IMG/VR virus record: IMGVR_UViG_3300032277_002045
Location: 1-41,488 of that record
Length of the DNA: 41,488 nt
DNA from: a virus
Lineage: Duplodnaviria > Caudoviricetes
Strand: one strand, 5' to 3'
The translations under genes and the position numbers were made by a program. The notes under the pieces are model-generated. The model was given only the letters and a program-made list of their open reading frames with translations, did no database searches and had not been told where the DNA came from. Below are positions 25,999-37,500 of this stretch, piece by piece (the first letter of the stretch is position 1; every line of letters starts with the position of its first letter).

Positions 25999-26565
25999 AT
26001 GACAAAAAAATTTAAAAAACCCAATCTCAATGCTCCAAGATTTAGAGAAAAAAGATTAAGCCTTTTAAATAAAACATTGTTAAATGAATTTAAAGAAAAA
26101 TATCCTAAATATGGGGGTATAGATAATGAAAAATTAAAAAATATAATTAAACTTTATAATAAGAATTTATGGAAAGGTGTAATTGAATATAGAGATGGTG
26201 TTGAAATGCCAGACTCTTTAGGATATTTATTTATAGGAACATGTTCTCCAGCTAAGTACAATAAAGCTAATATAGATTACGCAAGTTCAAATGAACATGG
26301 TAAGATGTTGCAAAACAAAAATTGGGAAACAGATGGTAATATAGGTAAGATATTTTATACAAATGCATCTGCAAAATATAAATTTAAAAATAGAGAACTT
26401 TGGAAATTTGAAGCTTGTAGAGAATTTAAAAGATCTGTAGCTAAAGAATATCCAAAAGACTGGACTAAATATACAGTCATAAAAAATAAGTATCAGATAG
26501 CGCATTTGTATCAATCTCAAATTGATTCAGATTTACTAAAAGATTATAATGAATTTGAAATGTAA
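25999..26565 (+). CDS. Divergent HU/IHF-like protein of the crAss-like tail block
   Basis: LKNIIKLYNKNLWKGVIEYRDGVEMPDSLGYLFIG resembles the HU helix-2/strand pattern; basic; located before the ring/tube genes. Confidence 0.55.
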   Translation: MTKKFKKPNLNAPRFREKRLSLLNKTLLNEFKEKYPKYGGIDNEKLKNIIKLYNKNLWKGVIEYRDGVEMPDSLGYLFIGTCSPAKYNKANIDYASSNEHGKMLQNKNWETDGNIGKIFYTNASAKYKFKNRELWKFEACREFKRSVAKEYPKDWTKYTVIKNKYQIAHLYQSQIDSDLLKDYNEFEM

Positions 26566-26567
26566 TT

Positions 26568-27242
26568 ATGGCAACAACAATAGGAGAAGTTATATCAAGA
26601 ATAAGAGGTCAAGTAAAAGCTGAAGTACAAGATGCGTTTGTAACAGATAGATATGTGTATAGTTTGGTTACCAAGTATGCTCAGTTATTTATGAGAAGGC
26701 AAGATTTTGCAAATAAACTAATGAAGTTTAATTCAGTATGGCAAACTTTACCATTTATAGAACTTATTGAAGTAGATACTGTTGAAGCAGAATGTTCTGG
26801 AATACAAACAGGATGTACAATAAAAAGAAGTAAAAATAAGCTTCCTGATATGATTGAAGGTTATTGGGGTCCTCTAATTAGAACTGTTAGTTCTATTGAT
26901 AGCTCAATTGAAGCGCAAGCAACACAGCCTGGTACATATACATCTATAACAAAAACAACATCTTTTAGATATAATAAAAAAAAATATTGGTGGTATTTAA
27001 ACGGATATATTTATTTACCAAATGTTGCATGGGATGCAATTAAGATAGAAGGTGTATTTGATGATAATATAGGAGCATGGTTATGCGAAGAAGGTGCAGA
27101 GTGTACACCGCGATATAAGCAACAGATAAATATTCCAGAGGCACTGTTCGCGGAAGTTGAAGGTGAAGTTGTAAAAGCAATGTTAATGACAGTACAAGTC
27201 CCATTAGAAGATGGAGATAATAAAGTAAACGTTAATAGATAA
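26568..27242 (+). CDS. Putative ring/neck protein
   Basis: 224 aa; YWWYLNGYIY...IKIEGVFD pattern; syntenic with crAss-like ring proteins. Confidence 0.55.
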   Translation: MATTIGEVISRIRGQVKAEVQDAFVTDRYVYSLVTKYAQLFMRRQDFANKLMKFNSVWQTLPFIELIEVDTVEAECSGIQTGCTIKRSKNKLPDMIEGYWGPLIRTVSSIDSSIEAQATQPGTYTSITKTTSFRYNKKKYWWYLNGYIYLPNVAWDAIKIEGVFDDNIGAWLCEEGAECTPRYKQQINIPEALFAEVEGEVVKAMLMTVQVPLEDGDNKVNVNR

Positions 27243-27252
27243 AAATAACGCA

Positions 27253-28158
27253 ATGAGCATATCACATAAATATAGAACCTTTGATTCATTATATGAAGAT
27301 GTATCAATTGATTTTGCAAATTATGCATTGGAAAATATGATTGATCCTGCGCAATTAATTAAAGTAGCAACCAGAGTTAACTATGACTTAGGTTTAAGGA
27401 TTCATAGAACAAAAGAAATTGTTATTGATATAGAACATGGTAAAGCTAAACTTCCATCAGACTTTGCATATTTAAACTACGCATTCAGATGTGGTGAATA
27501 CACTATAGCTGATAGACCGCCATCAGGAACCCATATAGAAACATTTAATGATGTACCATATATTCCAGCTCCAGGTGAAGCCGGGCCATGTGAGGATCCA
27601 GAATGTAGAGATGTATGTGTTATCAAAACTTGTAGCGGAAATAATGAACATCAATTAGTTCAACGAATTAATCCATCTCAATATAGAACCTTTACCGCTT
27701 TTATGCCATTGAGGATTGACACTGTAAATGATGCAACATGTGACTGCCCCAATGTTGGATTACAAGCTCCAGATATTGCTGAAATAAAAGACGGCTTTAT
27801 GGTTACTAGTTTTACCACAGGTAAAGTTTATATAAGCTACCAAGGCGCAATGGAAGATCATAATGGCAATCTTTTAGTATTAGACCATCCTTATTGCAAT
27901 GAATACTATGAATATGCCTTGAAACAAAGGATACTTGAAAATATGATATTTGCAGGAGAAAATGTTTCTCAACAATTAGGTCTTATAGAAGGAAGGCTAA
28001 GAGGTGCCAGAAACAATGCGCTTAGTTTTGTTAATACTCCTGATTTTGCAGAACTTAAAAAAGTTTGGCTTTTAAATAGAAAGGCTCAATATCATAATTA
28101 CTATAATATGTTTAAGAGTCATCCCCCTCATGGAAACCGTTTATATAACTTATCATAA
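27253..28158 (+). CDS. Putative tail tubular (ring) protein
   Basis: IEHGKAKLPSDF and TSFTTGKVYISY...DHNGNLLVLD patterns; directly upstream of the tail stabilisation gene. Confidence 0.6.
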   Translation: MSISHKYRTFDSLYEDVSIDFANYALENMIDPAQLIKVATRVNYDLGLRIHRTKEIVIDIEHGKAKLPSDFAYLNYAFRCGEYTIADRPPSGTHIETFNDVPYIPAPGEAGPCEDPECRDVCVIKTCSGNNEHQLVQRINPSQYRTFTAFMPLRIDTVNDATCDCPNVGLQAPDIAEIKDGFMVTSFTTGKVYISYQGAMEDHNGNLLVLDHPYCNEYYEYALKQRILENMIFAGENVSQQLGLIEGRLRGARNNALSFVNTPDFAELKKVWLLNRKAQYHNYYNMFKSHPPHGNRLYNLS

Positions 28159-28160
28159 AC

Positions 28161-31100
28161 ATGGCAAAGCAGCAATCACCAGGAACATCTTCAACAGAAG
28201 TGAATGCATTCTCAAAAGGAATGCAAAAAGATTTGTTTGCAAGTCTTAGTCCAAAAGAACAATGGGCACATGCTAGAAATGCGGCAAATAATTCTGTAGA
28301 TGGAGATGTTGGTGTTATAGGAAATGAACCCGCAAACTTAGAATGTGCCAAAGTACCATACACAATTATTGGTGCAATACACACATATGCTGATCAATGG
28401 GTGATATTTTCTACTGATGATGAAAGCTCTGAGATTGGCATATTTGATGATAGTAAATGTGAGTATGAAACTTTAGTTAATGATCCTTGCTTAAATTTTA
28501 ATAGAAAATATTTAATAACTGGAGCAGCTAAAGAAAATTATGATTGCACATGGCAAGCTTATTGGGATGATAGTAATAATCCCTCAAGAACTTTAAACTT
28601 AGATGATATTCCGTGGGTACAGCAAATAGTATCAGCTCCAGGATCAGATTGTGTTTTATATGAAGATAGTACAGTATTAGATTGTGAAAGGATAAGATTA
28701 GCTCCTTTATTAACAACTCCTTGTGTAAAACTAAATAAAAATGTAGATGGTGGTCAGCTTAGAAACGGAAGTTATCAGGCACATGTGGCCTATGTTTTAA
28801 ATGATCAGAAAGTAACAGATTACTTAGGTCGATCTAATGTGCAGGCATTATTTGATCATGATATTAATGGGGGATCATTAGATATTGAAATAACAAATTT
28901 AGATAAAGAAGAGTTTGATCAATATGAGCTAGTTATATTAGCAGATAATCAAGGAACAAAAGTTGCAACAAGAATAGGAGTCTACAGTACAGAACAAACT
29001 AAAGTAACATTAGATTTTATTGATAACTCTTTACCTACTGTAGCATTAGGTAATTTATTTTTAAAAACTCCGGCTTATGAGAAATCTGAGTCAATGTATG
29101 TTGTTAATGATTACTTGATAAGACAAGGACCAACAGAACAATTTGATTTTAATTATCAACCTCTTGCAAATGAAATAAAATCAGAATGGGTTGTTGCTGA
29201 ATATAATGCGGAATATTATTTTAAAGGAGGTAATAAGACTCAATTTATGAGAGATGAAGTATATCCTTTTTTTATAAGATGGGTGTACAATACCGGAGAA
29301 AAGTCTGCTTCATATCATATACCAGGTAAGGCGCCAAGTCTTGCTGTTACAGGTAATCCTTTAACTACAACATCATTTGCAGATTTAGGTCCTAATTCAG
29401 ATCCTAATATGATTAGTGATTCCGGATCAGAATATAATTTTCAAGTATTTAATACAGCTGAAATAACGGCTGTAAACTTATCTATTCCAACAGGAGATGG
29501 CGGTACTATTATTGCTAAAGGAGATATGGCATACTGGCAATCAACTGAAAAATATCCAGCAACTAAACCAGATATTTGGGGAGATCTATGCGGAAAAGAG
29601 ATTAGACACCATAAATTTCCAACAGAAGAAAGATCATCGTTGCTAGATTTATCTGCAGAAAATGGTTCTAAGATTAGAATACTAGGTGTTCAGTTTAACA
29701 ATATTGAAAGGCCTAAGTATAATAATGGATCATATATTGAAAATATAGTAGGTTATGAGATATTGAGAGGATCTAGACAAGGTAATAAATCAATATTAGC
29801 AAAAGGAATATTTAGGAATATGCGTAGGTATGATATTCCAGAGAATGAAGGAAATTTAGGCCCTAGTGTGGGCTTATACCCAAACTTCCCATATAATGAT
29901 TTAAGGGGTGATGCGTATCATTGGGATGGAGAACTTCAAAATAGTACGAACAATGGGGACTGGAATTTTTATCAAGTTGATCCATTACCTAGAACAGATG
30001 GATGCGATAATTGGCAAGACTCAATAAATACATATAAACCTTTAATGGGATATGAAAGAAATGTATTTACATTTCATTCTCCAGAATTAATGTTTAGACG
30101 TCCTTTTTTAAATCCATATGAAATTAGAATCTATGGCGCATATGGCGGGGAAAGTGTTGGAACTTTTAAAGTTAGCGAAAAACATCCTCAAAATAAACTA
30201 CTAAGAAATGGAGCCGCAATAGTTGCAGGTATTATTGGTATTGGTTATGCTATTGGTCAAATGCAAGGTAAACAAAAAGTAAGTAAGTTTGATGCAACAA
30301 ACGCAAATGCTCCATGGTTGCCAATATGGGTTCAACCTGCAATTTTAGGTACTAACTTTGCTGGTTTTAATCCTGCAGCTTACGGTGCAGGATCTGGAAT
30401 AGGCGCAGGAACCATTGCAGCAAATGCAGCTTTAAATCTATTACTTGACGAATCATCTAAAGTAGCAGATGTATTAGTAGCAGGTGGGTCATTAAATGAT
30501 TTTATACAGCCTGTTTTAGGATCTATACAGCAAGGAATGGGTCTCGCACCTGGTATGACAGGTGGTGGACTTAAAAGAGAATTTGATAAAGATACAGATC
30601 ATTCCCTATTATCTGTTATTTATAAACTTGTTTTAAATGTGACAGGTTCTCGTACACATATTGCAATTGGTGCTCAAAAGATAATAGACTTATTATATAA
30701 TTTAATTAATCCTGAAGATTTTGCATTTAAATATAATTCGCACGGTTTATTTGATTCATATTATAAAACATTACCCGGAAGTATATATAGGGTGAGAAAT
30801 GTTCAATCTAATTATATTGGCGCAGCATTTCAAACATTTAATTCTGAATATAAAATAAATAATTTATTTAGACCTGATACTGTTGTAATACAAACATCAA
30901 AAGATTTACCTATACCTGCGGATTTTTCTGCTCCTATTGATAATTCTAGATATCTTGTGGGAGGAGATGCAGATGATACTTTTGGTGAAACATATATTGT
31001 AAATCCTAATATAAGTCAAACAAAATCAATATCAGCTTTATATGGAGCATTAAAGTTTAACTTTGAAAATCAATATGGTCAGCTTGAAGGTATCAAGCAG

Positions 31101-34100
31101 GTTCAAATGTCTAATTGTATTTTTGAGTTAAATCCTGATAGACCCTCTCTTAAATCTGAAACAACCCCAATATTTAGCGGGGACACATATGTTGGAAGAT
31201 GGACTGAAAAGGTCATAATGCCTATATTTACAGATTTTTTATATGGTCAACCAGATCAATACCCATATAACTATCTACAAAGAATAAACATTCCATATCC
31301 TAGATTTTGGATGGATACTAGAAAATATGATACTACTGAGTTAGCTCAAAAAATGACAAGTATTATAGGATCCGGCTCATCAGATGCAATGCCAAATGAC
31401 TTGTTTTATTTAGATAGAGGGGATTCATGTGGAGTAAGTTTCAGTGAAATATTTGATAATAAAAAAGGTAACGGTGCATTTGCATTGAGGTATGGTTACA
31501 TGTACACTCATTGTAATGGTATATTAGATTTCTTTGTTGAGTCTGAAGTTAACTTACCACAAAGAGACTGGGAAGATGTTCCGGAAGGTAGATATTATGA
31601 TCCTCATAGAAAGGCAGATATTGGTGAATTATTTCATGCCGAAATACAAAAGAAAGATAATACCTATAAGTATGATTATTCATTAAGTACTAGTAGATTT
31701 GTAACAAATTTAACATCTAATGGATCATTGCAACCAAGAGATTATAATCCAGAAATTGCAGAAACGTGTTTTACAAATTATCCTAAAAGATTAATATATT
31801 CATTACAAGCTCAGGAGGAATCAAAGAAAGATTTCTGGAGAGTATTTTTACCTAATAATTATAAAGACTTTAAAGATAGGGTCAATGTAATTAAACCTAT
31901 AAATAAAAGCGGGGCTATTATATTCTTTCCTTATCAATCACCTCAAATGTTTCAAGGACTTGATCAATTACAAACGGATCTTGGAACTAAGCTAACTCTT
32001 GGGGATGGCGGTTTATTTACGCAAGCTATGCAAAATCTGGTAAATTCTGATTTATCTAATGAGTATGGATCTTGCGAAAGTCAAAGAGGTGTGATGAATA
32101 CTCCAATGGGATTTTTCTTTATTTCACAAGCACAGGGTAAAATATTTCAACAAGGAGGACAAGGTCTTACGCCAATATCTAATCAAGGTATGAAATGGTG
32201 GTTTAATAAATATTTACCTTCAAATTTAATTAAACAATTTCCAGAATTAGAATTTAGCAAACTTTCAGATAATCCTGTAGTAGGAATAGGTTGTCAAGTT
32301 GCATATGACATAACAGATGATATTGCATATTTTTGTAAAAAAGATTTTACTTTAAAGGAGGAGTGGATAGATTCTGTTATTTATGATTCTGAATTAGACT
32401 GCTTTACTTACAATGGTTTGCCTCCATCAACAGAACCGCCTGTAGGTGAAAAGCCGGATTCAGGGGGAATTGCAACACCTAGAAGATTAGAACAACAAGA
32501 AACTTTACAACCAGTATCACCCATATCTGGATCTAAAAGATGTATTGAAATAGGAGACCCTCTTTATTTTGATGATTGCTCTTGGACTGTTAGTTATGAT
32601 CCAAAAGCTAAAGCATGGATATCATTTCATGATTGGCATCCTGAACTTAACCTATCAAGCATTAATCATTTTCTTACAACTCAAACTAAAACTACAGATA
32701 TACCGCAGTGTCCTCCTGGATTTACATATAATTCATCTACAGAAATGTGTGAGAGGCTTATAGACACTACTGAAAATGCAATAGTATCTGTAATTGATAC
32801 ACCTTTTGACCGACCTAATATTTGTCCAGAAGGCTTCGTATATAATGAACTTACATTACAATGTGAAAAAATAACAACTACTCCAATTAATTGCGAACCT
32901 ACAATTTATGATGTTTGTGGGGGAACTCAGATATTTGGGAATTATGGTGCTCAAGGAACTAAATTTTTTGAACCTGTAGATCCAAGTTTGCCACTTCCAA
33001 TACGAAGAGCTTCTGGTAACATTATTCAATATCAAGATTCTACTCAATTAAACGAAGTAACATCTGTTAGTAGCATAAATAATCCAACAGGTTATAATAA
33101 TATATGGAAAGATAGATTGAACTTTGCAGGTGTTTGGGGAAATGATGGGGCAGGGGGAGATTGTCCAGAACCTAGGACTCAAACTTTTGGCATTACAAGA
33201 GAACCAACACAACAATGGATTGGATTTACAACTTGTATTCAAATACCTGAAACTAAAGTATATTCTGTATTTATAGCGGCAGATAATAGAACAAGATTTA
33301 CATTAAACGGTGAATTAATTGTAGATTTTGGAACAAGTGCGGCACAGGCTAATTTTCAATATGGCTGGGTTTTTCCTTTAAATTTAACAGCAGGAACAAA
33401 TATATTACAGCTAGAAGGATATAATGATACTGCAGTGGCTGCATTTGCAGCTGAAGTATATGATGCTACTGTAGCTCAATTAGCATCATTTACTGATATA
33501 ACTCAACTTAATGCAGTTAAAGTCTTTTCTACCGAATCCTTAATAGGCAGCGGTGCTGTATTTGATTTAGGTGAAGAAGGATTAAGCGGATGCAATTGTC
33601 CAGAAGGATTTTTATTATCAAATTGCGGAGGAGAACTGCAATGTGTTCAAATTGAAACCGCAGATCCTATATTGGAATGCGATTGTCCAGATGAAAATGG
33701 AGATGGTATACCAGATGGAACTTTAGTTTATTATAATTCTGTAGATAGAAACTTCACATCTCCTGATGGAGATTGCGTTGATAAAGAAGTTCCACCACCA
33801 ATTTGTAGAGTGGTAGAATGTATATGTCCTCCAGGGCCAGATCCAGATGCCATTGTTATACAATCAGGTGAATGTGATGACATATATCAAGCTGGTCCAA
33901 ACGGCAATCCATTTTATCAAAATCCTAATCCGCGTAAATGTACATATAAACTATTAGAACAAGTTGAACCAAGCTTTGTAGTAGGTGGAATATGGAGACA
34001 TAATTATAGATGTGATTTGTTTGCCAACTATTATGATGTTGATTATCCATGGGAAGTTGAGTTAATTGAAAGTACTGGGCAAAACGTAAACACAGTACGT

Positions 34101-34598
34101 AGTGTAGAGTATCAATTAGAATCTTATGTATATAAAGGAGATCAATTCAATGCATGCGGAGATGATAGATGGCATGATTTAGATTATAATTTTGATGAAG
34201 CTATAATCTATAATACAGAACAGGTTTCCGGCTTATTACGTTTAGAATTAGATCCAAAAGAAGATCCATTAAACATGCTTACTTATCCAATCATTAATGC
34301 AAATGATATACAAATATTATATAGTAAAGTAGAACAAAAATATAGATTTAATCAGTTTTGGGATGTCACAGATGATAGAGGTGAGTTCACAACTGCAGAG
34401 AGAAATATTCTAATTACACAATGTAATGGTTATATTAGGGAACTAAATGAATCAAATTTAAATTACAATAAAGCAGAAGACCAAAGAAAAAAATTCAGAC
34501 ATTACTATAATAAAGTATTGTTGAGAAGAAATCTTTCTAGCAATAGGAAGATGCTCTTAAAATTAGTAAATTCAAAACTTAATCTTTCATTCAGATGA
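28161..34598 (+). CDS. Tail stabilisation / muzzle protein with inserted Cys-rich repeats and a PA14-like domain
   Basis: 2145 aa; N-terminal FSKGMQKD...HARNA...GNEPAN, QFMRDEVYPFFI and WTVSYDPKAKAWISFHDW resemble P22 gp10-like/crAss tail stabilisation proteins. Confidence 0.75.
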   Translation: MAKQQSPGTSSTEVNAFSKGMQKDLFASLSPKEQWAHARNAANNSVDGDVGVIGNEPANLECAKVPYTIIGAIHTYADQWVIFSTDDESSEIGIFDDSKCEYETLVNDPCLNFNRKYLITGAAKENYDCTWQAYWDDSNNPSRTLNLDDIPWVQQIVSAPGSDCVLYEDSTVLDCERIRLAPLLTTPCVKLNKNVDGGQLRNGSYQAHVAYVLNDQKVTDYLGRSNVQALFDHDINGGSLDIEITNLDKEEFDQYELVILADNQGTKVATRIGVYSTEQTKVTLDFIDNSLPTVALGNLFLKTPAYEKSESMYVVNDYLIRQGPTEQFDFNYQPLANEIKSEWVVAEYNAEYYFKGGNKTQFMRDEVYPFFIRWVYNTGEKSASYHIPGKAPSLAVTGNPLTTTSFADLGPNSDPNMISDSGSEYNFQVFNTAEITAVNLSIPTGDGGTIIAKGDMAYWQSTEKYPATKPDIWGDLCGKEIRHHKFPTEERSSLLDLSAENGSKIRILGVQFNNIERPKYNNGSYIENIVGYEILRGSRQGNKSILAKGIFRNMRRYDIPENEGNLGPSVGLYPNFPYNDLRGDAYHWDGELQNSTNNGDWNFYQVDPLPRTDGCDNWQDSINTYKPLMGYERNVFTFHSPELMFRRPFLNPYEIRIYGAYGGESVGTFKVSEKHPQNKLLRNGAAIVAGIIGIGYAIGQMQGKQKVSKFDATNANAPWLPIWVQPAILGTNFAGFNPAAYGAGSGIGAGTIAANAALNLLLDESSKVADVLVAGGSLNDFIQPVLGSIQQGMGLAPGMTGGGLKREFDKDTDHSLLSVIYKLVLNVTGSRTHIAIGAQKIIDLLYNLINPEDFAFKYNSHGLFDSYYKTLPGSIYRVRNVQSNYIGAAFQTFNSEYKINNLFRPDTVVIQTSKDLPIPADFSAPIDNSRYLVGGDADDTFGETYIVNPNISQTKSISALYGALKFNFENQYGQLEGIKQVQMSNCIFELNPDRPSLKSETTPIFSGDTYVGRWTEKVIMPIFTDFLYGQPDQYPYNYLQRINIPYPRFWMDTRKYDTTELAQKMTSIIGSGSSDAMPNDLFYLDRGDSCGVSFSEIFDNKKGNGAFALRYGYMYTHCNGILDFFVESEVNLPQRDWEDVPEGRYYDPHRKADIGELFHAEIQKKDNTYKYDYSLSTSRFVTNLTSNGSLQPRDYNPEIAETCFTNYPKRLIYSLQAQEESKKDFWRVFLPNNYKDFKDRVNVIKPINKSGAIIFFPYQSPQMFQGLDQLQTDLGTKLTLGDGGLFTQAMQNLVNSDLSNEYGSCESQRGVMNTPMGFFFISQAQGKIFQQGGQGLTPISNQGMKWWFNKYLPSNLIKQFPELEFSKLSDNPVVGIGCQVAYDITDDIAYFCKKDFTLKEEWIDSVIYDSELDCFTYNGLPPSTEPPVGEKPDSGGIATPRRLEQQETLQPVSPISGSKRCIEIGDPLYFDDCSWTVSYDPKAKAWISFHDWHPELNLSSINHFLTTQTKTTDIPQCPPGFTYNSSTEMCERLIDTTENAIVSVIDTPFDRPNICPEGFVYNELTLQCEKITTTPINCEPTIYDVCGGTQIFGNYGAQGTKFFEPVDPSLPLPIRRASGNIIQYQDSTQLNEVTSVSSINNPTGYNNIWKDRLNFAGVWGNDGAGGDCPEPRTQTFGITREPTQQWIGFTTCIQIPETKVYSVFIAADNRTRFTLNGELIVDFGTSAAQANFQYGWVFPLNLTAGTNILQLEGYNDTAVAAFAAEVYDATVAQLASFTDITQLNAVKVFSTESLIGSGAVFDLGEEGLSGCNCPEGFLLSNCGGELQCVQIETADPILECDCPDENGDGIPDGTLVYYNSVDRNFTSPDGDCVDKEVPPPICRVVECICPPGPDPDAIVIQSGECDDIYQAGPNGNPFYQNPNPRKCTYKLLEQVEPSFVVGGIWRHNYRCDLFANYYDVDYPWEVELIESTGQNVNTVRSVEYQLESYVYKGDQFNACGDDRWHDLDYNFDEAIIYNTEQVSGLLRLELDPKEDPLNMLTYPIINANDIQILYSKVEQKYRFNQFWDVTDDRGEFTTAERNILITQCNGYIRELNESNLNYNKAEDQRKKFRHYYNKVLLRRNLSSNRKMLLKLVNSKLNLSFR

Positions 34599-37500
34599 GA
34601 AATAAATATGCAGAAATAATAAAAGGACTACCCGGTGGGCCAAATGAGAACCTAAGTTTTCCGTCAGGTTGGGGTTACTCTAGCTTAGGATATAAAAGAA
34701 ATAGTCCTGATATAAATAACCCATTTAATATAATTCCATCTGGGAGAATAACAATGAAAGATGTAGATTTTCCTATTACAGGTATAGATGATTTAGGTAA
34801 TGAAAAGTTAATGTTTCCAGGTAATGAATATGAATTTCCAGGAAGCGAAGTATTTGAGCTTCCCCATAAAGAACATCGTAGTTTGGAATGGGAAGGTAGA
34901 CCTTTAATTTCCAATGATGGATTTGAAGGTTTTGAGGGTGGATTTCATTCTAAATATTTAGATATGCATGCGACTTACCGCAAGCCACTTCAAATGATAG
35001 GTGATGGGCACTTATCATTAACTGGTCATTTAAGTACAGGACCTAATGAATTTTCATTTACACCTTCTGTACATATAGGCGGCCATGGTCCTGAGTTTGG
35101 AATCAACATTGGATTTAAACATAGTTTTCAACCGGGTGGAGAAACTGGTGGAATGGGAGATCCTGATATGTTAGATTTTTATTATCATTATATGAATTCC
35201 GATAAATATAAAGAAAGATTAAAATCTTCAGGTTATGCTAATCCGCAGGAAATAGCAGGTAAACGTCAAAACTCTCACTTTAACACAAAGATACATTATA
35301 AAGATGAAGTTCCTGGCAATTGGAATGCGTTTATGGATATTTTACAAGGAAGACCTACCAACGCGAGTGGATCTTCTTACATTCCGGGTGATAAAATGGG
35401 TGAAACAACAACCGGTGATATATTAGTATATGATGGTCAGGCAGACTTAGAAGGTACAACATCGGGGGATATTGAAAGACATGAGCGTGCTCACGCAATG
35501 GTTCAAGATGCTGAATTAAATGATTATGATCAAAGGCAGTTTTCTGAAAGAGAAACAGAATCTAGTAGAAATAAAGGGTATAGACACGGAAAGAAAATAC
35601 CTATTGGCAATCAGCAACTTGAGGAAAGTTATGCAGATATGACCGGATTAAGATATACTATTTTTGATGAGTTAGGTATAGATGCTACAAAAGATATTAC
35701 TGATGAGGACATGTCTAAAATACAAAATTTAATTAAAGACAGTAAGTACAAATCAGCTAAAAGATTATTTGATGCTTACTCTCCGGAAGATATTAAATGG
35801 ATGTTAAATAATATTGCCAGCAATCAAAGCGCTTCTTCAGATCAAATGCAAATGGCTCAAGACGGGGATGAAATAAATTTTTATTCACCAGAACCAATAG
35901 ATAATACTTATGTAGATCAAAGTATTTTAAATAACCAGCTTACACCATTTAGATCTTTTGCACACCTTACTTATGAAGAACAAATGGCATTAATAAAAAA
36001 TCAGAAAATTGAAGCTGCAATGCGCCTTTTGAGAAGGAGCAGTACGGACAATAATAATGATGATATAATGTATGATTTTAATTCACAAAATGTTCCTATA
36101 ATATTCCAAGACGGGGATGAGGTAACTGGTGTAAATCCGGGATCAGGATATGATACAGATCATAAAATACAATATGTAGATACAGACAAAGAGTTTAATA
36201 CGGGATTTGAAACTCAAGATAGGATGCTTAAAGAAGCTATGGCAACGTATAAGCAATCTATGTTAAGTCAATCTGGTGCTACAGCGCATGCTCCTGAAGA
36301 ACCTGGTATTCCTAGTGGTGGTATTGGCGATAATGATGGAGGAGGACCTCCTGAATTTACTAAGTGGGAAGAAAAACATGGAGATTGGGATGGTCATACT
36401 TGGGTTCCAGACGAAAGATTTAAAGGTATTAAAGGAGCAATAGACAATATTGGTACTAGAAGACAAGCTAGAAAAGATTTTAGATCAGCTCATCCTAAAA
36501 CTGAACAAAGAAGGTTTGATAAGTGGAATAGGGCTGGTAATATATTTAGAAAAAGAGATGACAAAATAAGAAACAAGCCTGAAGCATTTAGAGAATATCA
36601 CCCAAGAGTAGGCACAGATCAAGAAGGTAATAATCTACGTCACTGGTCAAATATGTGGATGGGAGTAAGAGATAAAAGTCAGTTTGATGATTTTAACTTC
36701 TTTAAAAACAATAAACCCTTCAAACAAGATGGCGGAGAAAATGAACAATATGCTAATGCTTATTTAAATGATCTTTATATATCATCAGATGATTTAACTT
36801 ATCTAAATCATGAAGATGCTTTAGATTTAAATCTTTTACCTAAAGAAAAATGGAATGATAAAGTGTGGGTAGATCAAGATGGTGAAGATAAGGAAATGAG
36901 CTATGAAGAAATAGCAGATTACTATGACGGAACTATTCCCTGGGATATGTTAAATACTTCGGATAAACACTACTCTAATGAATATTATTGTGATCCTAGC
37001 AAAGGTTGTTTAGCTAGTTCTTTTGATGCCTATGATCAAGTGATTGGTCAAAAATATCCATCAACAGATTTTTTATCTGAGGCAAAGCTAAAAAATGAAA
37101 TGAACTTGCAAAGTTTACAGGGATACACAGTTGAAGAACGTTCTGACGGAACAAAGATTTTTATAGATCCTAATGGAAATCAAGTAAGTGATAGAACTAA
37201 ACAGTGGATTGAAAGTATTCCTTATTTTCAATCAGGTGACAACTATGATTTTACAGCAGATAGTTGGGATATACATGGCGTCACTGTAGATAGAGGTGGT
37301 AAAAATATATTTACAGGCGGAAAAGATTATAGCTATGATACTGATGAATACCAGAATCAAGATGATATGGCAGATTTTTCTACTTTAAGTGATTCAGAAA
37401 AACAAGCAATATATGCTCAAATGACTCCAGGTACAATTGTTGGATTTGGAAAATATAATCTTGGAGAGAATCAAAAATATGGTTTAACTGGATCTGGACA

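Noticed and set aside
20463-34598. Diversity-generating retroelement target/template repeats in tail genes
   Set aside because: No reverse transcriptase in the window, and I saw no ~100-bp repeat pair differing at adenines. A self-alignment of the full genome would be needed to exclude it fully.
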